A stretch of 64,000 nucleotides of DNA from Candidatus Nomurabacteria bacterium (GCA_040376695.1 JBEIQD010000001.1:15615-79614), one strand, 5' to 3'; shown: positions 18,924 to 28,582, counted from the first letter of the stretch. Notes: generated by a model not told the origin, from the letters alone. Numbers and translations: made by a program.

Positions 18924-20816
18924 ATGTCATTGACCGTAAACGAGATTCGTTCGAAATTTTTAAATTACATGAAAGAGAAGGGGCACGCCGTTGTTCCTTC
19001 AGCTTCTCTTGTACCAGAGAACGACCCAACAACACTCTTTACTGGTTCAGGTATGCAGCCGATGCTTCCATACCTCCTAGGGCAACCACACCCACTCGGT
19101 AAGCGTATAGCAGATTCACAGAAATCATTCCGCTCACAAGATATTGAAGAAGTGGGGGATAATCGTCACACAACATTTTTTGAAATGCTTGGGAATTGGT
19201 CATTTGGAGATTATTTTAAAGAAGAAGAAATTACGTGGATGTGGACGTTTCTTATTGATGAACTGAAGCTTGATCCGAATAATTTTTATGTAACGTGTTT
19301 TGCTGGAAACGATTCGCTCGGTGTACCAAGGGACACTGTTTCTGCAGAACTATGGAAGAAGCTTTTTGCTGGTGTTGGTATAGAAGCACAAGTGAGTGAA
19401 AACCCAGAAGCGGGGATGAAAGATGGAGAAAAGATTTTCTTTTATTCTGAAAAGAAGAACTGGTGGTCACGTAGTGGAGTGCCAGCCAATATGCCAGAAG
19501 GTGAGCCAGGCGGGCCTGATAGTGAAATGTTCTATGACTTTGATCCAAAAATGGAACAGAAGATTCATGAGAACAGTGCTTGGAAAGATGAACCATGTCA
19601 CGTGAACTGTGATTGTGGACGGTTCCTTGAGATTGGGAACAATGTCTTTATGCAGTATAAAAAAGTTGGTTCTTCGTTCGAAGAGTTGCCGCAAATGAAT
19701 GTGGATCATGGTTCTGGGCTTGAGCGCTACGCCGCAGCGCTTAATAACGATGCAGATATTTTTAATATTGATGTTTTTGATGAGCCAAAAGAAATACTTG
19801 AAAATCTTTCTGACAAGAAATATGGACACGATGAAGTAACAACCTATGCGATGCGTGTAGTGTTGGATCACATTCGCTCAGCAACATTCTTGATTGGAGA
19901 TGATGTTCTTCCAGGTAACAAAGATCAAATGTATTTCGTGCGACGTTTGATTCGTCGAGCTGTGCGATATGCACGAAACCTTGGAGTACATGAAAATTTT
20001 ACTCGAAATGTTGGCGCGGCATTCATCGCCACGTATAAGAATGAGTATAAGAACTTAGAAGATAAGAAGGAAACTATCCTCACTGAACTTGAAAGAGAAG
20101 AAACTAAGTTTCGTAAGACATTAGAAAATGGAATTAAGGAGTTTGAAAAAATTGCTAGTAAGAATATTTCAGGAGTAGATGCATTTAATCTTCTTCAGTC
20201 ATTCGGGTTTCCAATTGAACTAACAGAGGAACTTGCTAAGGAACGCGGTATAGAAGTAGATCGTGAAGCGTTTGATGTAGAAAAGAAAACTCATTCAGAA
20301 TCTTCTCGTACAGCTTCTGCGGGAAAGTTTAAAGGAGGACTTGGTGGAGACGGAGAAATGGAAGTAAAATTCCATACAGCAACGCATTTGCTTCATGAAG
20401 CGCTTCGTCAGGTGCTTGGAGAGCATGTTCTCCAGAAAGGTTCAAACATTACTTCTGAGCGTTTACGTTTTGATTTTTCGCACACCGAAAAGATGAGCGA
20501 TGAACAAAAGGCTAACGTAGAAAAGATTATCAATGATGTCATTGCTGCTGATCTTCCTGTGCATCGTGAGGAAGTAAGTTATGAAGAAGCTCGAGCCCGC
20601 GGTGCAATAGGAGTGTTTGATGCAAAGTATGATGCCACTGTTTCTATTTACACTATTGGAGCGCAGACGGGAAAGCGCGGCGAAGCGAACCTTTTTTCGA
20701 TGGAATTCTGTGGAGGCCCTCACGTTGAACACACGGGACAGCTAGGACATTTCAAGATTGCCAAAGAAGAAGCTGTATCTGCTGGCGTTCGTCGTATCAA
20801 AGCGATATTAGAATAA
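18924..20816 (+). CDS. alaS: alanyl-tRNA synthetase, truncated form lacking the C-Ala domain
   Basis: Class II catalytic core and the editing-domain HxxxH…CGGPH motifs. Ends after the editing domain at 630 aa. Confidence 0.9.
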   Translation: MSLTVNEIRSKFLNYMKEKGHAVVPSASLVPENDPTTLFTGSGMQPMLPYLLGQPHPLGKRIADSQKSFRSQDIEEVGDNRHTTFFEMLGNWSFGDYFKEEEITWMWTFLIDELKLDPNNFYVTCFAGNDSLGVPRDTVSAELWKKLFAGVGIEAQVSENPEAGMKDGEKIFFYSEKKNWWSRSGVPANMPEGEPGGPDSEMFYDFDPKMEQKIHENSAWKDEPCHVNCDCGRFLEIGNNVFMQYKKVGSSFEELPQMNVDHGSGLERYAAALNNDADIFNIDVFDEPKEILENLSDKKYGHDEVTTYAMRVVLDHIRSATFLIGDDVLPGNKDQMYFVRRLIRRAVRYARNLGVHENFTRNVGAAFIATYKNEYKNLEDKKETILTELEREETKFRKTLENGIKEFEKIASKNISGVDAFNLLQSFGFPIELTEELAKERGIEVDREAFDVEKKTHSESSRTASAGKFKGGLGGDGEMEVKFHTATHLLHEALRQVLGEHVLQKGSNITSERLRFDFSHTEKMSDEQKANVEKIINDVIAADLPVHREEVSYEEARARGAIGVFDAKYDATVSIYTIGAQTGKRGEANLFSMEFCGGPHVEHTGQLGHFKIAKEEAVSAGVRRIKAILE

Positions 20817-20829
20817 ATAGCCTCTGTAG

Positions 20830-20860
20830 AAAAACTCCATCTAGCTAGATGGGGTTTTTC
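20830..20860 (+). terminator. rho-independent terminator after alaS
   Basis: aaaaactccatctagctagatggggtttttcttttt. Confidence 0.7.
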
Positions 20861-20879
20861 TTTTTACTCACTATGTACT

Positions 20880-21290
20880 GTGCTATGTCGGTTGTATACT
20901 GTTTACATGAATTCACATCTCGTTATTACTGTTGCTGATCGTGAGACAGCTATTGCTTATGAGGTAGAGGGACACTCAATTGTTTCTCATGTACATCCTG
21001 TGGGGATTAAACATATTGAGATTGAAGGTATGAATAAAGAAGCAGCCTCAAAATTTATTGATGGAGTTATGTATACATTAGAATTTATTTCGTTGCACGA
21101 CAGAATACCAACTCATTTCACGTTAATAACACCCGCTCATGCAACGTGGATAGGTGAGGTGCTGGAGTCTGCTTCTTATACACAGTTCTATACTGACGGG
21201 GCGCCGGTGAGTGTTACACTAAAGGGTATACAAGACGTTCCTCTTTCTTATGCAAGACATTCGCAAACCATACTCTCGTTCAAAGTCTAA
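20880..21290 (+). CDS. hypothetical cytoplasmic protein
   Basis: ORF with native composition. The probable start is the internal ATG at 20907. No motif recognised. Confidence 0.45.
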   Translation: MLCRLYTVYMNSHLVITVADRETAIAYEVEGHSIVSHVHPVGIKHIEIEGMNKEAASKFIDGVMYTLEFISLHDRIPTHFTLITPAHATWIGEVLESASYTQFYTDGAPVSVTLKGIQDVPLSYARHSQTILSFKV

Positions 21291-22674
21291 TCATGCTCTA
21301 GCCGACAAGGTTGAGGCTTTTGAAACAAATAACTACCCAACAGATGAAGAGGTAGAAATTCCTGTTCAAATTCCTGTGCGTCAGAGAAGTTTTAAGGAGA
21401 GGCGGAATGTCGACAGCATGGAAATGTTTCCAGCCCGAGGTCGTCGCTCATATGATCAGGTAAATGATGCACCACTCCCAGACCGTAGAGGTGGCGGCGA
21501 TATAGTATATCGTGACCCACGTACACGATATGAAAACAAAAGACAGTCCGTAGGTACTCTCGCATTTATTGGAGTTATGGCGCTTGTGCTTGTTGGTGGA
21601 AGTTTATTGACATTCGTTTTTAATCGAGCAACTGTCACTATTACCCCAAAGTATGAGGATTTAAGTGATTTCCGAAAACCTATTACATTTGCTCAGGCTG
21701 GAAGTGATAATGAAAACACTGTCCTCTACACACTCGCAACAACCTCTCTTTCAAAGAGTAAGACGCTTACACTTTCAGAAACAAAGAAAGTGGAAGCAAA
21801 AGCAACTGGTAAAATTATTATCTATAACAACTTTAGTACTGAATCTCAGCGTCTTATAAAGAATACTCGTTTTGAATCTTCTGCTGGTAAAATTTATCGT
21901 ATTAACCAATCTGTTACTGTTCCAGGTAAAAGTGGACAAACACCAGGAAGTATAGAAGTTGTAGTTTACGCTGATAGTTTCGGTTCAGAATACAACACAG
22001 TACCAGCTGACTTTACTATTCCAGGCTTTAAAGGGACTGCACAATTTGATGCTTTCTACGCTCGTTCTAATGGACCAATCACGGGAGGTGCTTCGGGGAA
22101 TGTGTCATCTGCATCTCTTTCAGATATTAACGCTGCAAAGGACGCACTTGCTATTGAATTAAAACAAGAGCTTACGCAGAAATTCCTAAAAGAAAAAATG
22201 GCAGGTTATATCGGTCTCTATAATGCAATTGATATTGTGTATGTTGATAATGAACAAGAGCTCCTTCTTGGAACAACACCGACCTATCAAGTTACTGCGA
22301 CAGGGTATCTTATGTTTGCAAAGGATAATGAACTTGCTCAATCAGTCGCTCTTTCGGTAAGAGATTATAAAGGGGAATCAGTTCGCCTTGATGACACAGA
22401 TAAACTGACTTACACACGTAAGGACACAGATCGTTTAGCTGTAGTGCAGTCACTTGAGGTGCTCACAGAAGGTTCACCACGGGTTGTATTTCTTACTAAT
22501 GAAACAACGCTTAAAGAACTAGTTGCAGGCAAGAAGCGCTCAGAGTTCACATCGCTCATGAAATCTATTGATTCAATAGAAGGGGCTGAAATTAGCTTCT
22601 CGCCACTCTGGCTTTCAACATTCCCAGATGAAGTTTCTAAAATCTCTATTGTTGAATCACTCCCTAAGCGCTAA
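21250..22674 (+). CDS. single-pass membrane protein with a ~100-aa cytoplasmic N-terminus and a ~345-aa beta-rich extracytoplasmic domain
   Basis: One TM helix (VGTLAFIGVMALVLVGGSLLTFVF). The 5' end overlaps the upstream ORF, so the true start is uncertain (candidate ATGs near 21418). Confidence 0.55.
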   Translation: MQDIRKPYSRSKSNHALADKVEAFETNNYPTDEEVEIPVQIPVRQRSFKERRNVDSMEMFPARGRRSYDQVNDAPLPDRRGGGDIVYRDPRTRYENKRQSVGTLAFIGVMALVLVGGSLLTFVFNRATVTITPKYEDLSDFRKPITFAQAGSDNENTVLYTLATTSLSKSKTLTLSETKKVEAKATGKIIIYNNFSTESQRLIKNTRFESSAGKIYRINQSVTVPGKSGQTPGSIEVVVYADSFGSEYNTVPADFTIPGFKGTAQFDAFYARSNGPITGGASGNVSSASLSDINAAKDALAIELKQELTQKFLKEKMAGYIGLYNAIDIVYVDNEQELLLGTTPTYQVTATGYLMFAKDNELAQSVALSVRDYKGESVRLDDTDKLTYTRKDTDRLAVVQSLEVLTEGSPRVVFLTNETTLKELVAGKKRSEFTSLMKSIDSIEGAEISFSPLWLSTFPDEVSKISIVESLPKR

Positions 22675-22721
22675 TGTGCGTTGATTAAAGAGGTTATATC
22701 TGATACACTTTACTCCTAACT

Positions 22722-22934
22722 ATGGATGAAAACGATATTGAGATAGTGGAAGGACGTGTTACGGAGGCACTCCCAAGTGCCCTTTTTAGAATCCAGTTGG
22801 CTAATGGAAAGACAACACTTGCTAATCTCGCTGGGCGCATGCGTATTCACAAGATTAAAGTTCTTGTAGGGGATAAAGTAAGCATGCAGATAGATCCATA
22901 CTCTGGAAGAGGTAGAATTATTAAGAGACTCTAA
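22722..22934 (+). CDS. infA: translation initiation factor IF-1
   Basis: 70 aa with an S1-like OB fold sequence. Confidence 0.93.
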   Translation: MDENDIEIVEGRVTEALPSALFRIQLANGKTTLANLAGRMRIHKIKVLVGDKVSMQIDPYSGRGRIIKRL

Positions 22935-23023
22935 GGCCGAAAGAGAACCAATTAAGCCTTAGAATTTGCATTTTTTTAGAAACTATAGTAGAATAGTACC
23001 CACGTTTCGCAGTTAATTAACCT

Positions 23024-23137
23024 ATGAAAGTACGATCATCAGTAAAGACAATTTGTTCAAAATGCCAGATGCTTAAACGCGGTGGTGTACTTCGTGTTAT
23101 TTGCGAAAACCCTAAGCATAAGCAAGCGCAGGGCTAA
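23024..23137 (+). CDS. rpmJ: 50S ribosomal protein L36
   Basis: 37-codon [40 protein letters not shown]. Not in the ORF track because it is shorter than 60 aa. Contains the zinc-ribbon C…C…C..H pattern. Confidence 0.85.
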   Translation: MKVRSSVKTICSKCQMLKRGGVLRVICENPKHKQAQG

Positions 23138-23158
23138 CCATTTTAATTATTTATATTT

Positions 23159-23539
23159 ATGCGAATCTCAGGTATTACACTCCCAGAAAATAAGCGTCTC
23201 GAAATTGCCCTCACGGCAGTGTATGGTGTAGGACGCCCACGCGCTAAGGAAATCATCGAGAAGCTTGGCCTCGATATGGGAATGAAGACAACAGAGCTTA
23301 CAGCAGATCAGGAAAACCTCATCCGCCGTGAAATCGAACTCTTCAAGACAGAAGGAGACCTCAAGCGTGAAGTTCAGCAAAACATTAAACGTCTTAAGGA
23401 TATCAAAGCATATCGCGGTACTCGCCACACAAAGCACCTTCCAGCTCGTGGACAGCGCACAAAGACAAATAGTCGAACAGTTCGCGGAAACGTGCGTCGT
23501 ACGATGGGAAGCGGTCGTCGTAAGGTAGAGAAGACCTAA
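23159..23539 (+). CDS. rpsM: 30S ribosomal protein S13
   Basis: Sequence and position in the alpha operon. Confidence 0.95.
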   Translation: MRISGITLPENKRLEIALTAVYGVGRPRAKEIIEKLGLDMGMKTTELTADQENLIRREIELFKTEGDLKREVQQNIKRLKDIKAYRGTRHTKHLPARGQRTKTNSRTVRGNVRRTMGSGRRKVEKT

Positions 23540-23561
23540 AAAATAATTTTATAAACATCCT

Positions 23562-23996
23562 ATGGGAAAGAAACGAATCGTAAAAAAGAATAGCTCAGGA
23601 GTAGACAGTGCTCTTAAGGCGCGATCACTTGCAAAGGTGATCAAGAAGAAGATTGTTGAAGGAACACTCTTTGTTGAGTCTAGTTACAACAACACACGTC
23701 TATCTCTTGCTGACCGCTTTGGTAATATCCTTGCGTGGTCTTCATCAGGTGCGCTTGGTTTTAAGGGTGCAAAGAAGGGAACTCCTTTTGCAGCTGGAAA
23801 AATCGGTGAACTTATTGGAGAGAAAGCACAGCAGATTGGACTCAAGGAAGTTGAGGTGGTTGTTAAGGGCGTTGGATCAGGACGTGAGTCTGCGATTCGT
23901 GCGTTCTCAGCATTCGGTGTGGAAATCGTTTCTATTATTGATAAGACTCCGGTTCCTCACAATGGACCAAAGGCTCGTAAGCCACGTCACGTATAA
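23562..23996 (+). CDS. rpsK: 30S ribosomal protein S11
   Basis: Sequence and operon position. Confidence 0.95.
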   Translation: MGKKRIVKKNSSGVDSALKARSLAKVIKKKIVEGTLFVESSYNNTRLSLADRFGNILAWSSSGALGFKGAKKGTPFAAGKIGELIGEKAQQIGLKEVEVVVKGVGSGRESAIRAFSAFGVEIVSIIDKTPVPHNGPKARKPRHV

Positions 23997-24001
23997 AACA
24001 T

Positions 24002-24622
24002 ATGAGTAGAATTACATGTAAAACTTGCCGCCGACTTGGAGAATCACTTTGTGGTCGTGAGAAGTGTGCGTTTAAGAAGCGCCCATACGCACCAGGAAAG
24101 CTTGACTCTGAACGAAAGCACAGATCTCAGGTTTCTGAGTACGGAGAGCAGCTTCGCGCAAAGCAGAAGATGCGTATTACCTACGGGCTTATGGAGAAGC
24201 AGTTCTCTATGTACGTAAAGCGAGCAACAGCTCGCCATGAAACAGGAGAAGGAGCAGCTCCAACAGCACTTAAGCTTGCTCGTGAACTTGAAGCTCGTCT
24301 TGATAACATTGTATACCGCGCCGGTTTTGCAAACACTCGTGCCCTTGGTCGTCAGCTCGTGTCACACGGACATATCCTTGTGAACGGTCGTCGTAACTCT
24401 ATTGCGTCTCACCAAGTAAAGATCGGAGATGTGATTTCTATCCGTGAGGGTAGTAAATCAGCTAAAGTCTTCGTAGGTCTTGCTGAGAAGCTTGCAGCTA
24501 TGGCACCAAGCCATGTGCTTACTGTTGATCCAGCTAAGCTTTCAGCTACAGTTAAAGGTGTTGTGCGTGAGGTTGAACCAATGTTCGACACTCAGAAGGT
24601 TCTCGAATACTACTCTCGTTAA
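24002..24622 (+). CDS. rpsD: 30S ribosomal protein S4
   Basis: Zinc-ribbon N-terminus CxxC…CxxC and an S4 domain. Confidence 0.95.
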   Translation: MSRITCKTCRRLGESLCGREKCAFKKRPYAPGKLDSERKHRSQVSEYGEQLRAKQKMRITYGLMEKQFSMYVKRATARHETGEGAAPTALKLARELEARLDNIVYRAGFANTRALGRQLVSHGHILVNGRRNSIASHQVKIGDVISIREGSKSAKVFVGLAEKLAAMAPSHVLTVDPAKLSATVKGVVREVEPMFDTQKVLEYYSR

Positions 24623-24765
24623 GTTCAGCTAAAGAGAGGAGCTCCAAGATAGGGGATTTCCACTAACACACACTTGCGCTTTTTGCAATTCTGGGTTAGA
24701 ATAGGATAACTTTATCTAAGGGAGGGAGAAGTGCGCATTAACCAATAATCCATATAGACTCACAT

Positions 24766-25731
24766 TTGCCTATGTCTTCACATTCTATCATTTTGCCATC
24801 AAAGCCACGTATCGTTAAAGAAGACGCCACTTCAGGCGTATATGAAATTGACGGATTGTACCCAGGATACGGACATACACTAGGTAACTCACTTCGTCGT
24901 ATTATCCTTTCATCAATCCCTGGAGCTTCAATCACATCACTTTCAATTGACGGTGTAAAGCATGAATTTTCAGCAATTGATGGAATCAAGGAAGACGTTA
25001 TTGCTATAATCCTTAACCTTAAGAAAACTCGTTTTAAGCTTCATGGTGATGATGCTCAGAAGGCAACACTTCACATCAAGGGAGCAAAGCAGATTACCGC
25101 AAAGGATATCTCTGTTCCGACACAGCTTGAAATCATGAACAAGGATCAGTACATCTGTGAATCAACTTCAAAGGACGTTGATATCGCAATCGAAATCACT
25201 GTTGAAAAAGGACTTGGATATGTTCCTCGCGAAGTGCTTCAGAAGGAGAAGGCAGATATTGGAACAATTGCACTTGATGCATCATTTACTCCAATCCGTC
25301 GCGCTTCATACGAAGTAGAGAACATGCGTGTTGGTGATCGTACTGACCATAACCGTCTTCGTCTTGCTATTGAGACTGATGGGACTATCACTCCACATGA
25401 TGCACTTGAATCAGCAATCTATACAATGATTACTCAGCTTCAGGCGGTAGTAGGTTTTCGCGCAGAAGTAGTTGATACTCCTGTTGCTCCTACACCAATC
25501 ATGTCGACAGAAGATTCACTCGACACAACTGACGCTACAAAGATCAAGATCGAAGACCTTAACCTTTCAACACGTACAGAAAACGCACTTGTCTCAGCTT
25601 CTGTTCGTACAGCTGGCGGACTTGCTCGAAAGAGTGAAGAAGACCTCCTTGCAACAGACGGACTAGGGGAGAAAGGAATTACAGAAATTAAGAAAGCACT
25701 CGCAGACCTAGGGCTTACACTAAAAGCATAG
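24766..25731 (+). CDS. rpoA: DNA-directed RNA polymerase subunit alpha
   Basis: N-terminal domain and C-terminal domain sequence; operon position. Confidence 0.95.
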   Translation: MPMSSHSIILPSKPRIVKEDATSGVYEIDGLYPGYGHTLGNSLRRIILSSIPGASITSLSIDGVKHEFSAIDGIKEDVIAIILNLKKTRFKLHGDDAQKATLHIKGAKQITAKDISVPTQLEIMNKDQYICESTSKDVDIAIEITVEKGLGYVPREVLQKEKADIGTIALDASFTPIRRASYEVENMRVGDRTDHNRLRLAIETDGTITPHDALESAIYTMITQLQAVVGFRAEVVDTPVAPTPIMSTEDSLDTTDATKIKIEDLNLSTRTENALVSASVRTAGGLARKSEEDLLATDGLGEKGITEIKKALADLGLTLKA

Positions 25732-25788
25732 CTAAAATCACCTCTACATGGTATAGTAGGAGACCTAAAGCAGATAACTAACAGACGT

Positions 25789-26142
25789 ATGAAACATCAC
25801 AAGGCATTCAGAAAATTCGGACGAGAAAAGAACCAGCGCGTAGCGTTCATTCGTGGTCTTCTTATTAACCTCATCCGTCACGGACGTATCGAAACAACTT
25901 TAGCTCGCGCTAAGGAAATTCGACCATTCGTTGAGAAGCTTGTTACTCTTGCAAAGGAGGACACAGTAGCTCGCCGTCGTCTTGTTGCGTCTCGTCTTAT
26001 TAACCAAGGAGATGAAACAAAGAAGCTTTTTGCGGAGTATGCACCAAAGTACAAATCAGTAACTGGTGGTTATACACGTATTCTTAAACTTCCTACTCGT
26101 ATTTCTGACGGAGCTGAAAAAGCTGTTATTGAATTCGTATAA
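25789..26142 (+). CDS. rplQ: 50S ribosomal protein L17
   Basis: Sequence; follows rpoA. Confidence 0.93.
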   Translation: MKHHKAFRKFGREKNQRVAFIRGLLINLIRHGRIETTLARAKEIRPFVEKLVTLAKEDTVARRRLVASRLINQGDETKKLFAEYAPKYKSVTGGYTRILKLPTRISDGAEKAVIEFV

Positions 26143-26150
26143 TTAATCGT

Positions 26151-26501
26151 ATGACAAACACTCACACAATCGACGCATCAAACAAGCCTCTAGGGCGCCT
26201 AGCTTCTGAAGTAGCGGCTCTTCTTAATGCAAAGAATAGTATTCATTTCGTTAAGAACCGCGTTGCAGATGTATCAATCAAAATCATCAATGCTTCAAAG
26301 ATAAAGATCACAGGAAACAAGATGAAGGAAAGTGTTCACAAGTCTTTCTCTGGGTACCCATCAGGTCTTAAAGAAATGCCACTTTCATACGTAGCTGAGA
26401 AAAAAGGATACGGTGAACTTATCAAACATGCAGTAAAGGGAATGCTTCCAAAGAATAAGCTTCAGGATATTCGTATGAAAAACCTTGTAGTAGAGGAATA
26501 A
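26151..26501 (+). CDS. rplM: 50S ribosomal protein L13 (short form)
   Basis: KPLGRLAS…VKGMLPKN L13 signature. Confidence 0.88.
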   Translation: MTNTHTIDASNKPLGRLASEVAALLNAKNSIHFVKNRVADVSIKIINASKIKITGNKMKESVHKSFSGYPSGLKEMPLSYVAEKKGYGELIKHAVKGMLPKNKLQDIRMKNLVVEE

Positions 26502-26510
26502 TATTTATAT

Positions 26511-26918
26511 ATGACAACAGAAACAAAGAATCGATATATTGAAGCTGTAGGACGCAGAAAAACTGCTATTGCACGTGTTCGTATCACTCCATCAACAAAG
26601 ACATCATTTGTTATCAATGATAAGGATGTAAAGGAATACTTTACAACAAATGATCTTCAGTCAATTGCACAGGAAGCAATGTCAAAGTCAGAAATTGGTG
26701 AGAAGTTTACAGTTACAGTAAAGGTTCTCGGTGGAGGTATTCATGCGCAAGCAGAAGCTATCCGTCACGGACTGGCGCGAACTCTAGTTGAACGTGATGA
26801 GCAAGTGAAGAATACACTTAAGAAGCTTGGCTTCCTTAAGCGTGACTCACGTCAGGTTGAGCGAAAGAAGTTCGGTTTGAAGAAAGCTCGAAAGGCACCA
26901 ACTTGGTCAAAGCGTTAA
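26511..26918 (+). CDS. rpsI: 30S ribosomal protein S9
   Basis: GGGxxAQAEAIRHGLARTL and the C-terminal KKARKAPTWSKR. Confidence 0.93.
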   Translation: MTTETKNRYIEAVGRRKTAIARVRITPSTKTSFVINDKDVKEYFTTNDLQSIAQEAMSKSEIGEKFTVTVKVLGGGIHAQAEAIRHGLARTLVERDEQVKNTLKKLGFLKRDSRQVERKKFGLKKARKAPTWSKR

Positions 26919-26928
26919 TCTCAACATT

Positions 26929-26960
26929 ACAAAACCCAGTCCAATCGGACTGGGTTTTGT
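26929..26960 (+). terminator. rho-independent terminator after rpsI
   Basis: acaaaacccagtcc-aatc-ggactgggttttgt. Confidence 0.75.
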
Positions 26961-27013
26961 AATGTAATGATACACACGCTCGTCATGGTATATGGAATAC
27001 TAAATATAATTAT

Positions 27014-27286
27014 ATGGATTCATTAGCACAAGCAGATATTTTTTTCTTTATAAGTTCATTTGCGCTCATCGTACTGACGGTGCTTTGTGTCGTGATACTT
27101 CTATACGTACTAACTATTGTTCGTACGCTAAGTGAAATCGCGCAGATAGCTAAAAAGAAAGCGAAAGAATTTTCATACACTCTAGATGAAGTGGAACAAT
27201 CTATAGAGAATTCTTTTGCTATGAGGTGGATTAGGGCGTTAGGAACTCCAAAAAAGAAAAGAAAGGCTCGCGCTTCATCTGAGTAA
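27014..27286 (+). CDS. small membrane protein (one TM, basic tail)
   Basis: FFFISSFALIVLTVLCVVILLYVL helix and a KKKRKARASSE C-terminus. Confidence 0.45.
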   Translation: MDSLAQADIFFFISSFALIVLTVLCVVILLYVLTIVRTLSEIAQIAKKKAKEFSYTLDEVEQSIENSFAMRWIRALGTPKKKRKARASSE

Positions 27287-27326
27287 AAACAGTCAGATTA
27301 TTTATTAAGAAATATTATTTATTACT

Positions 27327-27746
27327 ATGAAAAAAGATACTAAACAGGTTGCTGTTGTGGCTGGTGTTACGGTGGGGTTGGCAGCGCTTGCTGCTGCTGG
27401 ATATTTTGTGCTTGGGCCAGAAGGAAAAAAGAATAGAAAGCAAATTAAAGGATGGAGTCTTAGAATGAAAGGGGACGTGCTTGAGAAGTTGGAAAAACTC
27501 AAAGATGTAACTCCAGAAGTCTATAACGGTATTATTGATGAAGTGAGTACAAAATATGGAAAGCTTAAACATATTAGCGCAGATGAAATAAGTGAAATAG
27601 CTATAGATCTTAAGAAACATTGGAAAGCTATAGCGCGGGATATTAAAACACGAGAGGGTAAAGGGAAGGCAAAGAAGGTGAGTTTAAAGAAAAAGGTAGT
27701 AAAAAAGGTTGCTAAAAAAGTGATAGATACACGAGCGGCTGCGTAG
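27327..27746 (+). CDS. membrane-anchored protein with a lysine-rich, histone-H1-like C-terminal tail
   Basis: N-terminal TM (VAVVAGVTVGLAALAAAGYFVL) and a C-terminal KGKAKKVSLKKKVVKKVAKKV segment. Confidence 0.5.
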   Translation: MKKDTKQVAVVAGVTVGLAALAAAGYFVLGPEGKKNRKQIKGWSLRMKGDVLEKLEKLKDVTPEVYNGIIDEVSTKYGKLKHISADEISEIAIDLKKHWKAIARDIKTREGKGKAKKVSLKKKVVKKVAKKVIDTRAAA

Positions 27747-27767
27747 AGGGTTGAAAGTGTACATGGG

Positions 27768-27794
27768 AAAAGCTCGCAATATTGCGAGCTTTTC
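27768..27794 (+). terminator. rho-independent terminator
   Basis: aaaagctcgcaat-a-ttgcgagcttttc. Confidence 0.7.
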
Positions 27795-27823
27795 TTGACC
27801 CATTTTTTAAAATAATGTATAAA
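27795..27823 (+). promoter_or_regulatory. sigma-70-like promoter upstream of the grpE-dnaK-dnaJ operon
   Basis: TTGACC-17-TATAAA. A second extended -10 (TGATATAAT) lies at about 27841-27849. Confidence 0.4.
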
Positions 27824-27875
27824 CAAAGAGTGTTGGAAAATGATATAATGTAGAGAGGAAACGCTTGGCAGATAC

Positions 27876-27893
27876 GATAGAAATGATAGAAAC
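27876..27893 (+). repeat. tandem 9-bp direct repeat gatagaaat/gatagaaac in the grpE leader
   Basis: Seen directly. Sits between the promoters and the grpE start. No CIRCE inverted repeat is present. Confidence 0.5.
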
Positions 27894-27931
27894 TATATTG
27901 AATTATTAAGATTTTGAGCAAGGATATACAC

Positions 27932-28528
27932 ATGAATGAAGAACAAGAACACATTGTAGAAGAAGGGCTAGACACTGCGCATGTTGCAGAGGATGTCTCT
28001 TTTGAAGATGTAAATGAAGAAGGTGAGGTGGATGCAAAAACAACCATTAAAAAGCTCCGCGAAAAGATTAAGAAGTTAGAATCTGAAAAGCAAGAATATT
28101 TAGATCTTAGTCAACGTACTCGTGCTGACTATGCTAATTTCAAAAAAGAAGTTGACGGAGAGCGATTGTCGGGAAGGAAGTTTGCAACAAAGAAATTTAT
28201 CGAAGAACTTCTTCCAGTACTTGATTCATACGACATGGCTCAAGCAAACTCGGAAGCATGGGAAAAAGTAGACAAAAATTGGCGTGTAGGAATCGAATAT
28301 ATCTTTGGGCAATTGCGAACAGTTTTGGAAAGAGAAGGAGTCGTGCAGTTCGGTAAAGTTGGGGATGTATTTGATCCAAATCTTCACGAAAGCATGGAAA
28401 CCGTGCCCGTCGATGATGAGTCTAAAAATGATATACTTACGAGAATACTCCAGAACGGATACCGTATGCACGACACAGTGTTACGACCAGCAAGAGTACA
28501 CGTCGGACAATTTGTGAGAAAAGACTAA
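27932..28528 (+). CDS. grpE: nucleotide exchange factor GrpE
   Basis: GrpE coiled-coil plus beta-domain sequence. The ORF-track start is TTG at 27914; the ATG at 27932 has an AAGGA SD 8 nt upstream. Confidence 0.85.
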   Translation: MNEEQEHIVEEGLDTAHVAEDVSFEDVNEEGEVDAKTTIKKLREKIKKLESEKQEYLDLSQRTRADYANFKKEVDGERLSGRKFATKKFIEELLPVLDSYDMAQANSEAWEKVDKNWRVGIEYIFGQLRTVLEREGVVQFGKVGDVFDPNLHESMETVPVDDESKNDILTRILQNGYRMHDTVLRPARVHVGQFVRKD

Positions 28529-28582
28529 TGGTGATTATTGTGTGAATTATTGAAATTTTATTAACATATAACTACAACAACT

